Assembly: GCA_964106915.2 (NCBI GenBank)
Contig: OZ066923.1
From: Podarcis gaigeae
Lineage: Eukaryota
Strand: one strand, 5' to 3'
Length of the DNA stretch: 64,000 nt
Shown here piece by piece: positions 40,234 through 51,222 of the stretch. Every line of letters begins with the position of its first letter. The stretch's first letter is position 1. The position numbers and the translations under genes are program-made. The notes beneath the pieces were generated by a model. That model was not told the DNA's origin and ran no database searches. It was given only the letters and a program-made list of their open reading frames with translations.

Positions 40234-40372
40234 GTGAGTTTCATGGTGGCTTAACTGGTTTCAGTAGTTAAAACGTAGCACAAAGGTGCTTACAAATCCT
40301 GGAATGTCAGACTCTCAGCTTTGCTCTTTATGACACCAAGTGCGCATTCAATGTATGTCCTGTATATTTCAG

Positions 40373-40423
40373 GAAGGGGAAGAAGAAGCGGATGAGGAAA
40401 ATGATCCAGATTATGACCCCAAG
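40373..40423 (+). CDS. NAP1L1: NAP1L1 exon 14
   Basis: EGEEEADEENDPDYDPK; tttcag|...AAG|gtaagt. Confidence 0.96.
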
Positions 40424-40538
40424 GTAAGTAATTGATGCATATGATCTTTGTAAATCATTTTCCTCCAATAAAGTTATCAAAGTCCTGTAGCACAGCTGTG
40501 GTCTTCACACTGATGTTGATGTGTTTTTTCTTCAACAG

Positions 40539-40574
40539 AAGGATCAAAACCCAGCAGAATGCAAGCAGCAGTGA
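40539..40574 (+). CDS. NAP1L1: NAP1L1 exon 15, coding part, ending in CaaX motif
   Basis: KDQNPAECKQQ*; caacag| acceptor; TGA at 40572-40574. Confidence 0.96.
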   Translation, partial: KDQNPAECKQQ

Positions 40575-41071
40575 AACAGTGTGTATGTGGCCTTGAGGAT
40601 TATCTGCACTGTAATAGCCTAAATACAACTATTAGTTACTTACAGCCTTATGTTTTGTATCTTGGTAGAATTAAGTAAACAATTTGTTAAAACAAACTGA
40701 CAGAACCAGTTTAAAATGTAGGTTCCTTGTACCTAGCATTTTAATAGTACTTTTCTGCCAAAATGTAGAATGCAGTAAATCCCTAAATCATGAATAGTTA
40801 ATTCATTGCTATATATAGTTTGGTTCTTGTGAAGTCTGTTGTCATGTAGCTATTAGACTGCAGCTGTGAAGATACCAGAACTGTTGACGGAGACCAATCT
40901 TTGCCTCCTTTCCTGAAGAACCAACCAAATCTGTCAATTTCCATCAAGACCACATTGGACGTTCATAACTGTCTGCTTGTTTATGCTCTAGGTTTTTGTA
41001 TTTTGTGATGGTGACCTTCAGAAAAAAAAAACTAGAGACATCATATTAAGGTTGTTTACCACTGGGGTGTG

Positions 41072-41077
41072 AATAAA
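41072..41077 (+). terminator. NAP1L1: Candidate NAP1L1 polyadenylation signal
   Basis: AATAAA followed by GT-rich TTAGTTGTGTGCCTGTGT; another AATAAA at 41644. Confidence 0.55.
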
Positions 41078-42172
41078 CCTAGTATTTTCAGAAATTAGTT
41101 GTGTGCCTGTGTACATTGAAAAAAAATATCTTACCAGTATATCACTGTAGGATGTTTTTGCTGAACAGGACCAGCCTCTGAGGGTTATGTGCACAAGCAC
41201 CATTGAAATGCCTTCAGGGTTGTACTCCTGCACAAGTTTGTTTCAGTAGGCTTGCATAAACTATCTCAAAGGACTTTTGCACTACAACTGTAGCACTTTC
41301 CTGCCTAGAAACTTTGAAGATCCATTAATAATATAACTTTTTAACTGCCTTATCCCTTTAAAAGTAGGACAGGAGAACCTCTGACCATCCATATGTTTTT
41401 GGACTCCTATCCTAACCAGCATGATCAGTGGTCAAGAATGATGGGAATCGTAGTTGAACATCTGGAAGGCTATAGGTTCCCCATTCCTGGTTTGTTTAAA
41501 TAAGGTTATAGGATTAGGTACTTCTCTGACATGTTTCACAGAGAGTAGGCATCTTCAATTACTCCTTTAACATGGTCTTTACTTGTAGCTGAATTGAGAT
41601 TCATCCTATCTAAATCTCCAGTGTGCTCCAGACAACAAAAAAGAATAAATTTTATACGTCCAGTTTTGAGTTAAGCTGGTGATTGTCTGACAAACTTCTC
41701 GGCTGCAAACTACTAACCAATCTTTATCAGAACATCCACCTGGAAGGTTGGCCAATTTAGGTATGCCATTTGCTTTTTCCTTCACTACTTCCTTATATTC
41801 CATCTGGATATGCGTTGGGGAGAAGTAAACTATCATACCCAAAGAAATAAACATTCAGTCAGCTTGAAACTTTCCCAACTTTACAATTTGTCCAGGACTA
41901 CTACTTTTTTTAGAAGTAGTGTGTCAAAACTATTCAGACTCAGGATAATTGGGCAAACTCAGAGATGCAGAGTTTTGGTGAATGCTCTGAGGCTGTTGAT
42001 GCCCTACTTTCTATTGTAATTCTAGTGCCACCTGAAAAGATGCTTCTGAAAGATGGAAAAACCCTTTTGCCTGGCACTTGATACACTATGAGGAACCACG
42101 GTCAGGAGAAACTGAATAGGAGTCCTAAGCCTTACAACAGAATTCTTTCTGCAAAACAAGGATATATTTAGG

Positions 42173-42377
42173 CAGGGCCAGCCCACCTATGAGGCAAGAT
42201 GAAGCAACTGCTTCAGGCAGCAGGGTCCACAGGGGCAGCAGATCCTGATATTAAACTTTCTTCCCACCCCCCCCACCTTCCTGATGTAGATCTTTACTCA
42301 CCCCTTCTTCCCTGGCAGGGAGGGAGCCACCATTTTGCAGTTTGCCTCAGGTGCCAAAATGTCTTGGGCCAGCCCTG
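42173..42377. mobile_element. hAT-type MITE
   Basis: TIR CAGGGCCAGCCC / GGGCCAGCCCTG; degenerate 8-bp TSD TATTTAGG / TCTTTAGT. Confidence 0.75.
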
Positions 42378-43551
42378 TCTTTAGTACATAGCAGGTTTTT
42401 TCACACCAATACCACAATTGCCAGAACAGCAAGTTATATTTCACCACTTAAGGTACAAGTGTATTTTCATACTACATATATTACCCCCACACTGCTGAAT
42501 ATATATATTTTCCTGATTATTGGGAGGCCTACTCTTAATACAAGAATTCCAGAAATAGACCTTGGGCTCCCAAGAAGAAATGCAGCATAAAGAACTGTGG
42601 GTGCAGGAGCCAAACTCTTAAAAGCATGAAAATCCCTACAAAAAGCTCCCAACTATTGCCCTTCATTGGGGGTGGGGTGGGGAGTATGTGTGAAGCAAAC
42701 AAGCATGGGGGGGCGGGATTCCGCAAAGGTTCTGTACAGTTTGTATGCGGAAAAGATTGAAACATTGCTTATTCAATGGCAGTAGCTTCACTGTTTAGAT
42801 GAGTTTTAGATTCTTATTAGAGAGCATATTGATCCTGTGTCAAAGCAGATTCAGTGGAAGAAATGATTCTCAGAACCTGCAGCTTCCTTAGAAATGCTAC
42901 CTCTTTTAGAGGAAGGTGGGAGGTGCCTTCTGTTAGTACTCCCTCAAGTACCAGCTGTGAACCCAATAGCTAAATAACTTTCAGCTGGTTACAGAGTGGC
43001 TGCTGGGGTGGTCTGATGCAGTGCAACAGATTGTAGGCACAAGTTCAACTGCAGTCACTGAAAAGGCTCTTAACTGAACAAATTCAGTTTTAACTCCCAT
43101 GTAGCAGCATTCATCAAGGCTCTATTCCCTGTACATCTGGCCCAAGGTAAATATGTTCCAGTAACATGTTCTGTTTGTGTATTTCTGGTAGCTATGCTTT
43201 TCCACAAGGAACAAATTTGGTAAGTTTGTAGGAAAGGATAAAGACAGGCAGCCAACGCCTTTAAAATTACAGTTTGTTTTAAGTTCAGCATTTCCCAACA
43301 CTAGTTTGGCAACTTCCATGCATGTTGAGTTGCTTTTAAAGGAATTCATTTTGCACAGAGTAATATGAGCAATTACATTTTGCAACATTCCTAACGGATG
43401 AAATATTTCAAGTGTGACATTTAAGAATGTTTTGTACATACCGCTCGTATTTGACCACTGACAATGAGCCCAACTTTGGGTTACCTGACAAGTGAATGGA
43501 AAGTGCAGTAAGTATCACACTTTGCATACTACTGAAGCAGGGGCTTTTACA

Positions 43552-43915
43552 GGGGATGCAGGTGACGCTGTGGTCTAGACCACGGAGTCTACGGCTTGCC
43601 AATCAGAAGGTTAGTGGTTCAAATCCCCGCGACGGGGTGAGCTCCCGTTGCTCGGTCCCAGCTCCTGCCAATCTGGCAGTTTGAAAGCATGTCAAAGTGC
43701 AAGTAGATAAATACCGGTAGGTACTGTTCCGGCGGGAAGGTAAACGGCGTTTCTGTGCGCTGCTCTGGTTCAACAGAAGCGACTTAGTCATGCTGGCCAC
43801 ATGACCCGGAAACTACGCCGGCTCCCCCGGCCAATAAAGCAAGATGAGCGCCGCAACCCCAGAGTTGTCTGCAACTGGACCTAACGGTCAGGGGGTCCCT
43901 TTACTTTTACCTTTA
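43552..43915 (+). mobile_element. Full-length Sauria SINE
   Basis: tRNA-like head with B box GGTTCAAATCC, Sauria core, GGGGTCCCTTTAC(C/T)TTTACCTTT tail. Confidence 0.92.
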
Positions 43916-44349
43916 GAAATTGTTAGAGTTTGTTGGTGCTATGTTTAGTTTTCAGACAAGTGGCTGTATCTGCTGCAGGAAAAACAGCTAAATTATCTTC
44001 CTCTTTGAAAAGTAAATTATCTTAGCATAAGCCTTCATTGGCCAAAACAACTTGATTTGATGTCTGGGTTATATATATGTACATTGAGTACAGCAGACTT
44101 TTGGGGAGGTGGAGGGGAAACACTTTTACTTCGGCAGACTCAACAGGTCAAGTAAGAGCTATAGGTGTACCACATTTTATGTTGAGCATAAACACAAAAT
44201 TTTGTTTGACACTAGAGGGCGTCTGTGTGCTACAGTATCCAAGGCCAAATTACTTAGGCTTGCTGCTTGTTTTGGTAATGCATCTGATACGAAGATGCAG
44301 ACAAAGCTGATTGAACTATGGTTTTTGAAAGTGTTAATCTAGCAGAACT

Positions 44350-44388
44350 TAAAGGTAAAGGGACCCCTGACTGTTAGGTCCAGTCACA
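44350..44388 (-). mobile_element. Sauria SINE 3' tail fragment
   Basis: TAAAGGTAAAGGGACCCCTGAC..AGGTCCAGTC. Confidence 0.8.
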
Positions 44389-44868
44389 CAAATTCAAATA
44401 ATGAGGTATCCGTGTGTCTAAGCATCATTTACTTCCATTATCATGGAACCTGAACATAATCTTTAGGAATATATGCTATGCTCATGGATGCGTTGAATTT
44501 TAAAATGGTATTGAATAAGTATCCCGACCAAATGTATTCTGCTTGTATGAATGTTAAGACATTGTATATAGGACTGCCAGGGTAGCTAGAGCGGTGCTGT
44601 TTCCTTATACAGGAAGAATTCATTATATTAGACCTGCATATCATAAAGCCTTCCCCCACAGAGGAAATCTAAATAAACGTTGATAGTTTGGAGTGGCAGA
44701 ATGCTAATTCAGAAGTGCATGAGGGAGTTGACACCCATTTTTGCAGCCAGATGTTGCTGCTGAACTCTGCTATAAGTAATAGAAACAAGGCTATGTAAGA
44801 TAAGCAGAACAGCAAAAATGGAGGCTAACATAAGATGCCAGAGGAAAAGGGGATTTAACCATGCTTTG

Positions 44869-44909
44869 AGATCCGTGGACTAAAAAGAAAGATCCGTGGA
44901 CTAAAAAGA
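44869..44909. repeat. 21-bp-period tandem duplication
   Basis: AGATCCGTGGACTAAAAAGA twice. Confidence 0.9.
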
Positions 44910-45543
44910 GAAATGGGGGGAGTGGAAAGAAGGGGTGAGCTATGAGATGGGCAGAGAGGGAGAGGGTCAATTTGAGCGGGTTTTACAATTTTAACTAAAA
45001 AGCTTTGCTGCTTATAAACGATGTAGGCTCTCAAGTTATAAAAGGGGTCTGCAAAGGGATTTGATGCATTTGGAAACCCTGGTATATTTTTAAGAAGGCA
45101 TTATGAAATAGCTTCCTTTCCTTCACTAGCAAGGATTGTGCTGTAGCTTCCTTCCACATATATTTTAGAGCTATTTTAGCGAAGGTATTTATAGACAGGC
45201 TTCAGAAAGCATGAGTTGCACTCAGGGTGTTTTGATCCAAGTCTCAGCTGCTGTGTTCACATGATTACGTAGATTTGTACACTTCCTTGACAGTTGACAG
45301 ATATAACTTGGGTGCAAGCAACAATTCTGTTTATTTTTCTTCCGTATTTTTTCAGTCACAAAGTGCTGGCTTGTATCCGATTCTTTCTTTGATTTTCCTG
45401 TTGTCAGTCTATCACTTGGTACAAAGTAGAAGAATGCAGCCTTCCTCTGAAATAGATTCAGAGGAATCTTGACTACTTCCACTGTCTTTGAGTCCCTGAA
45501 AAAGATACCTCTAAAAGGCTTTCTGCAGCAACTCCTGCTAAAA

Positions 45544-45759
45544 CAAGGGTCAGCCACCTTTTCCAGCTGTGGGCCAGTCCAACACCCCTCAGACCATGTG
45601 GTGGGCCAGACTATATTTTGGGGAAAAACCCAAAAACCCAAACGAATTCCTATGTCTCACAAATAACCCAGAGATGCATTTTAAATAAAAGGACACATTC
45701 TACTCATGTGAAAACACACATTCCTGAGAAGGCGATTGGGCCACAGGTTGCCTACCCTG
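45544..45759. mobile_element. hAT (Charlie-like) MITE
   Basis: TIR-like CAAGGGTCAGCCACCT / AGGTTGCCTACCCTG; perfect 8-bp TSD TGCTAAAA (45536-45543, 45760-45767). Confidence 0.85.
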
Positions 45760-46048
45760 TGCTAAAACAACTCAAACTCTTATTATTTGGAGCAGTGCCT
45801 ATAATCCCTGGCCATTAGCCATGGTGGCTGTGGGCTGATGGGAGTTGGACTCCTCCAGCATCTAGAGGGCCATAGGTTCCCCATACCCAGTTTAGCCCAC
45901 AATTAGTTGGTGTGTGTATCTTGGGTCCCCACTCGTGCCCTCAGCATCAAACCGCCTGCCTACTAAGCCCTCCCCTTCTCAATTTTTTACTTCAAATTGA
46001 GGAGTTCCGGTGCTTTGTTTTGTTAGGAGGTTGCCTGTGTTAGGAGGA

Positions 46049-46284
46049 GAGCCAGTGTAGTGTAGTGGTTAAGAGCGGTAGACTCGTAATCTGGTGAACC
46101 GGGTTCGCGTCTTTGCTCCTCCACCTGCAGCTGCTGGGTGACCATGGGCTAGTCACACTTCTCTGAAGTCACTCACCTCACAGAGTGTTTGTTTTGGGGG
46201 AGGAAGGGAAAGGAGAATGTTAGCCGCTTTGAGACTCCTTAGGGTAGTGAAAAAGCGGGATATCAAGTCCAAACTCCTCCTCCT
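46049..46284 (+). mobile_element. tRNA-derived SINE (Squam3-like)
   Basis: GAGCCAGTGTAGTGTAGTGGTTAAGAGCG head; B box GGTTCGCGTC; (CTC)n tail. Confidence 0.85.
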
Positions 46285-46549
46285 GCTTCATTGTATGTAT
46301 TGTTTGGGAAAGGTGTATGTTATCTGTTTTATTGTCTGAGCATCACTCATTTGTCTGTGCAAAGAGCATTTCATTGATTTTCAAATGTCGCCTAAAAGAT
46401 TGGGGATCTGCAGTGTGGGCTCTCACTTGCTAGCCAATGTACGCTGTACAGCTGCCTTACAAGAAATGATAGTGTTATTTAGTGATCCTATGTGAAGGTG
46501 CATTGGGTAGTGACTATGAAACTCCTTTATATGTTCAGTCTTGAGGCTG

Positions 46550-48180
46550 CGTATTTCGGCGTTCGGGCCCCTAGGAGTTTTAGTCTCCACATCAGCACAA
46601 GTATCATATAAATGCCTCGGGGCGTTTTTCCACACCGTGCGTGCCGCCCTCGATCCAATATAACGATCGCACTGCGGAGGAGTTCCGCCGTTGCAGAAAT
46701 AAACAAAACTGTTATGGATGATTCGTGAGGCACCCTTTTTTCTTTTTTTTTTAAAAAAAAGGAAGCCCCGCGTCGTGACACAAGCAGCTCCTCAGCAGAA
46801 CTGTTGCCTTCCGTCGGGAGGAGAAGTTGGGCGGGCAGGGAGGCGTCGGGAGGGCGGCCCTCCGTCCCCCCCCCCCCCGTGAATCAGCTCCTGTGGGTGG
46901 CGCATTCTCCAGGGGGCGCCAGGACTGCAGCCTGCCTGCCTGCCGATGCCATTTAAAAAGTGCTCCAGCCCCGAGCGCGCCGGGTTCCTCGCCGCCTCGA
47001 GTTTGAGGAGCGGAAATGGCCAGCGCGGGAGAAGCGCTTTGTTCTTTGGCGGCGGCGGCGGCGCGGCGGTTCGCGTGAGGCGCTACAGGCCTCTCTGGCG
47101 GGAGGGCAGGAGACGGAGAAGCGAGCGAGGCGGGGAGGCGCGCCGGCCCTGAGGCGAAGGGTGTGCGAGCGAGAGCGCGGCGGGGCTTCCCTCCTCGGCC
47201 AGCCTCTTCTTCCGCGAGCGCCCTCGGCCCCCTTGAGGAGCCGCGTTCAAAAGCAGCGCGAGCCCAGCAGCTTCCCTCAGTGGCTGCGGGGGACGCCCGG
47301 GCGCCGTCGGAGGCGGAGAAAAGGCTCCCGGGACCCCGAAGGCTCCTCTCCTTGCCCGGGTCTTGCGGGAACTTTGTTCCGGCGGCGCCGCCGGGAGGAT
47401 GCTGGAGGGCGGCTGCAAAGCCGTGAAGGAGGGCGTGCTGGAGAAGCGCAGCGACGGCTTGCTGCAGCTGTGGAAGAAGAAGCGCTGCATCCTCACCGAG
47501 GAAGGGCTCCTGCTCATCCCACCCAAGCAGCCGGAGCTGGCGGCAGCGGCGGCGGCTCCTGCTCCGCCGCCTGCTGCTCCTCTCCCCGGCCTGGAGACGT
47601 CAACGACGACGACGAGCGCGGCGCCCTCCGTGGTCGCCAAGATCAAGGAGCTGCCCTTCTCCACCATGAAGACGGTGGACTGCGTGGAGCGCAAAGGCAA
47701 GTACGTGTACTTCACGGTCGTGATGGCCGAGGGCAAAGAGATCGACTTTCGGTGCCCGCAGGAGCAGGGCTGGAACGCCGAGATCACGCTGCAGCTGGTG
47801 CAGTACAAGAACCGCCAGGCCATCCTGGCCGTCAAGTCCACGCGGCAGAAGCAGCAGCACCTCGTCCAGCAGCACGGGCCGCGCCTGCGGAGCGCCTCCA
47901 ACTCCGCCTAGCCGGCCCCAGCCAGGGCAGGTAGGAGCCAGGCGGGGAGAGGGCTGCCCTCCTGCCGCCGATCGCCCCGCTCCCCTTGCAGCCCTTCCCC
48001 AGCGCCTTTCTGGAAAGAGGCTTTCCAGACCAATTCCCTAACAATCACCTCTCTCTGCCGTCTTAGTTTTGCCCGGCGAAAAGTGCCGTGTGGGGTTGCA
48101 AACTCGTGTTGCTTTCCTGAAGCGCGCGTCTGGATGGGCAGCTCGCTTCACGCGCGCGATGTTTTGCTTGGAATCATAGA
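46550..48180. promoter_or_regulatory. PHLDA1: CpG island / PHLDA1 promoter and exon 1
   Basis: High CpG; GC boxes; AP-1-like TGAATCA 46880; CTCF-like TCTCCAGGGGGCGCC 46906-46920; TATA-like TTTAAAAA 46952 and TTCAAAAG 47246. Confidence 0.88.
47399..47911 (+). CDS. PHLDA1: Pleckstrin homology-like domain family A member 1, 170 aa
   Basis: [28 protein letters not shown]...[63 protein letters not shown]...RSASNSA*; syntenic with NAP1L1; AUG at 47399 (the ORF track starts at an upstream TTG). Confidence 0.97.
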   Translation: MLEGGCKAVKEGVLEKRSDGLLQLWKKKRCILTEEGLLLIPPKQPELAAAAAAPAPPPAAPLPGLETSTTTTSAAPSVVAKIKELPFSTMKTVDCVERKGKYVYFTVVMAEGKEIDFRCPQEQGWNAEITLQLVQYKNRQAILAVKSTRQKQQHLVQQHGPRLRSASNSA

Positions 48181-49091
48181 GTTGGAAGGGGCCCTGAGGA
48201 TCATCTAGTCCAATAAAATAATAATAATAATATATTCTTTATACCCTGCCCATCTGGCTGGGTCCCGTCCCCCCGTCCCCGCACTGCAGGAATATGCAGC
48301 TGCCCCACTCATGGGGTCGAACTTGCAACCTTGGGGGTTATCAGCACCAGTCTGTAACCGGCTGAGAGAAGTTGTGCATGAGGCTCAAGCATGAAAAACA
48401 CGCGCAAATGATCTCCTGTGGTTCCTGCACGTGTGTGTGTTTCACTAGCTGTGTGTGCAAAAGAGAGAGAGAGAGAGAGTCACTAGATGGCTTTCATTCC
48501 TTTCCCTGCACAGAAATCCTCTTCTGTAATTAAGAGTAAGGCTTGAAGCGCTTGAGCGGGTCCCTCTAGCAACCCTAGAGCATGTTGTTTGTCTTGCTCG
48601 CTGGACTAATAGCCTCAGTGGACAGCTCTTCCGGCCCTTCTCAAACAGCATGCGCTTGCAGTGTGCTGTGGCATGATGGATTCTTGTGCAGCTGCTAGAT
48701 CAAGGCTGGCCCAAGTGCTTTGCCACCGGAGACAGAGCAAGAAATGCCCTCCTCCGCAAGTCAAGGTGAAGAGCACCCAAAGTCAATCAGGTGAATTTGC
48801 AACCATGATTGCTGTGCTTTAGCGCACACCCAAAAAATATATTTAAAAATCCCTGCCCGTATCTGCAAATCATTCAGTTCACATTTCATGCTTCTTCCAA
48901 GCAACGGGCTGAGAACAGTTAGTGACCCTTTGCATGTAACTGTAAAAGGAATTGCGGGTGGTGGTGGTTAGAGCTAGCATCTTCCTGGTGCTGAAGCCTA
49001 GTTGTGGAAATAGCTGCCAGAGCTTCAGGTTGTTGCCTCTTGGAAGGACACTTCGCAAGAGACCCTGTTCTTTGTATTGTCGCTGTTTTAG
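47931..49091 (+). other. PHLDA1: PHLDA1 3'-UTR intron (predicted)
   Basis: CAG|gtagga donor 19 nt after the stop; ttctttgtattgtcgctgttttag| acceptor; PHLDA1 is known to have a 3'-UTR intron. Confidence 0.7.
48171..48367 (-). mobile_element. tRNA-derived SINE with CR1-type tail, carrying a nested (AAT)n-tailed insert (~48212-48262)
   Basis: Colinear with 36581-36725 apart from the insert. Confidence 0.65.
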
Positions 49092-51222
49092 GTAGGAAGT
49101 GTGTCTGTGACTGTAAAAGAAGAATGCTGCTCAGTTATTCAGATCACTGTCCTGTGTTGTTATAGATGGAACTCAAGCAATGCTTCTGGAAGCGAGGTGG
49201 ACCCTCTCCATCGATCACAACCTTGGCAAACAAAGGGACTGCAGACACAAGGGAGAGCATCAGTTCTGCTGCTGGAGTCTTTCCACTTTTGATACTGCCC
49301 ATGATTACTCCAGGGAAGTGTTTCAACTCTTGTAACTTTGACTACTGCTTATGAAGATTTGAAAGGATTATTTGGCCTGCCAGGCCTCAAAAAATATAAG
49401 ATTGTTGCTGCCATATTCCACCCCCACCCCCGATCTGTTTTCTTTTTTATGTTAATTTATTAGTGGAGACTTTTGAAAGGTATTTCTGAATGTAGGCCAT
49501 TTAGAAAGGAATCACACACAGAGTACAGTGGCATTGGCTATATTGCTACACTTGAAGGGAGGAGGAAGGCAGAGGAGAGAAGGTGATGTTGGTGAAATGA
49601 AGAGATGTACCAGAATATGGACTTTACAATTAATCCCCCCCACGTCACTTTTTACATCTGTTTTCCGTTGCCACAAGTAAGAGACTATATGAAACGAATG
49701 TGTGAAATATGTCCTGGAATAAGGAAAGCAATGACTTGGAACCTGATTTCTAGGTTGCTTTAATTTTTATTATATGTTCATTTGAAGAGTATTATATTTT
49801 GTATTCAGTAGTAAAAAGCATTTGGGTATGCCACTTGTATGTATTCCTGCTTCGTGAAGAGTCTAAGGAAATCTGACTTCATGATCAAGGATAATCGATT
49901 TAAAAATACAATCATGCTATGTTCTTTTATTCAGATAATAGAACCATGCAGAGAACTGTTCATTGCACTTCTTTGTTTAAGTTTGGGACCCTGTCTGTAA
50001 TGTTTCTCAGAGTTGTTACTTGATTCTGTTCAAATCTTTCTAAAACCTCTTCAAATGCTACACTAATCATCCCATCCAGTAAATGTCTTACTGTTTAACT
50101 GAGGAACTTTCCCAGAATTCCTGTAATTGAGTTCCCTAGATGAGCCTCAGCGCAACATTTTCCATTGCCCCCTGCCATAGCCTCTAAGAACATCGGACAT
50201 TTCAGTCAGGGAGCAGCACTTATTTTATATAAAAAAAAAACTAAGCAAAGATTCTGCTTTTGTTTTTTTTTCTATTTACAGTCTTAATATGGAACAAGTA
50301 AGGCTTCTAATAACATTGTTTCTTTTCAAAAGTTATTTTTAAATTGGTTCATTCAGTTACAAGGAGCCTAATGTAGTTAATTGGATAAGGGAAGGCCTTG
50401 GGTTTTTCAAGCATGTGTTGAACTTAAATCCAAACTTAACCAGTCCTGCATCAGGAGAAGACATTGTTGGGCACCTGCTGATACTGAAAGCATCGGTTCC
50501 TCTGAGTACCCAAGGCTGGTCTCCTCTTCGCTGTTAAAACCTGTTTACCTGAGCATGCAAGCACTCTAGGTAGATATGTGGATCGGGCAAGTGAATAGAT
50601 TGCAGCAACAACCACTGAAGTCATTCAGGGAGGGACCTTATGGAGCATGCCTTGCCCAAAGGCTTCCCAAAAGCCAACCCTTTATAAAGGGTACCTTATG
50701 GTTCCTTTTAGCATTTCCAAGTTAGTCTAAGTCAAATAATGAGAACTTACTCTGCCCCCATTAACAACAGATTAGTACTGCAGAGCACACTCTGTTAAGA
50801 AAGCAGGCCTATACACACTAATTCAGACAAGTTATGAATGTCCTGTCTTAGCCTTTGGTGATACCCAGTGTTGGTCATACCCTGAGTAGACCTAATGAAA
50901 TCAACAAGCTTAAGTCTATTGATTTCAGTGGATCTAATCTTCATGTCTGTTGACAGTATTCATGGCTTCTTTCCTCAACATTATCTAAATGGTGTTTAAA
51001 TTTTGTAAAATAAATCACCCAGAAACACCAGTGGTTTCAGAAACAGGACTTAACATGATTAGTTTTGCCAATCACCTTTTCCCACTCAAATCATTGAGAG
51101 CCTCTCTCCGTGTCTACCTCCACTTCCACTGTTTAATGTTATGGAATGGGGAATTGGACCAAAATATTAAATTCCATGCTCAATTTCTTGAGGTTAACTG
51201 ATGTTGTCATAACTTCTTAATA

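Larger units (their letters stand above)
16773..41100 (+). other. NAP1L1: NAP1L1 gene span (nucleosome assembly protein 1-like 1), 393 aa
   Basis: 14 coding exons with GT-AG boundaries and consistent phases sum to 1182 nt; protein MADIDNKEQ...GIPEFWLTVFKN...DQNPAECKQQ; 3' end approximate. Confidence 0.97.

Noticed and set aside
25949-40538. Intronic snoRNA in NAP1L1 (TOP genes often host them; NAP1L4 hosts SNORA54)
   Set aside because: No convincing C/D or H/ACA structure seen by eye; an Infernal/Rfam scan would be needed to exclude it
46049-46125. tRNA-like sequence
   Set aside because: It is the head of a SINE, not a tRNA gene
47363-47398. TTG start used by the ORF track for PHLDA1
   Set aside because: The conserved start is the AUG at 47399; nothing supports near-cognate initiation
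46960-47934. 324-aa plus-strand and 272-aa antisense ORFs overlapping PHLDA1
   Set aside because: Shadow frames caused by extreme GC and GC3 bias; the 324-aa frame starts at a non-AUG codon
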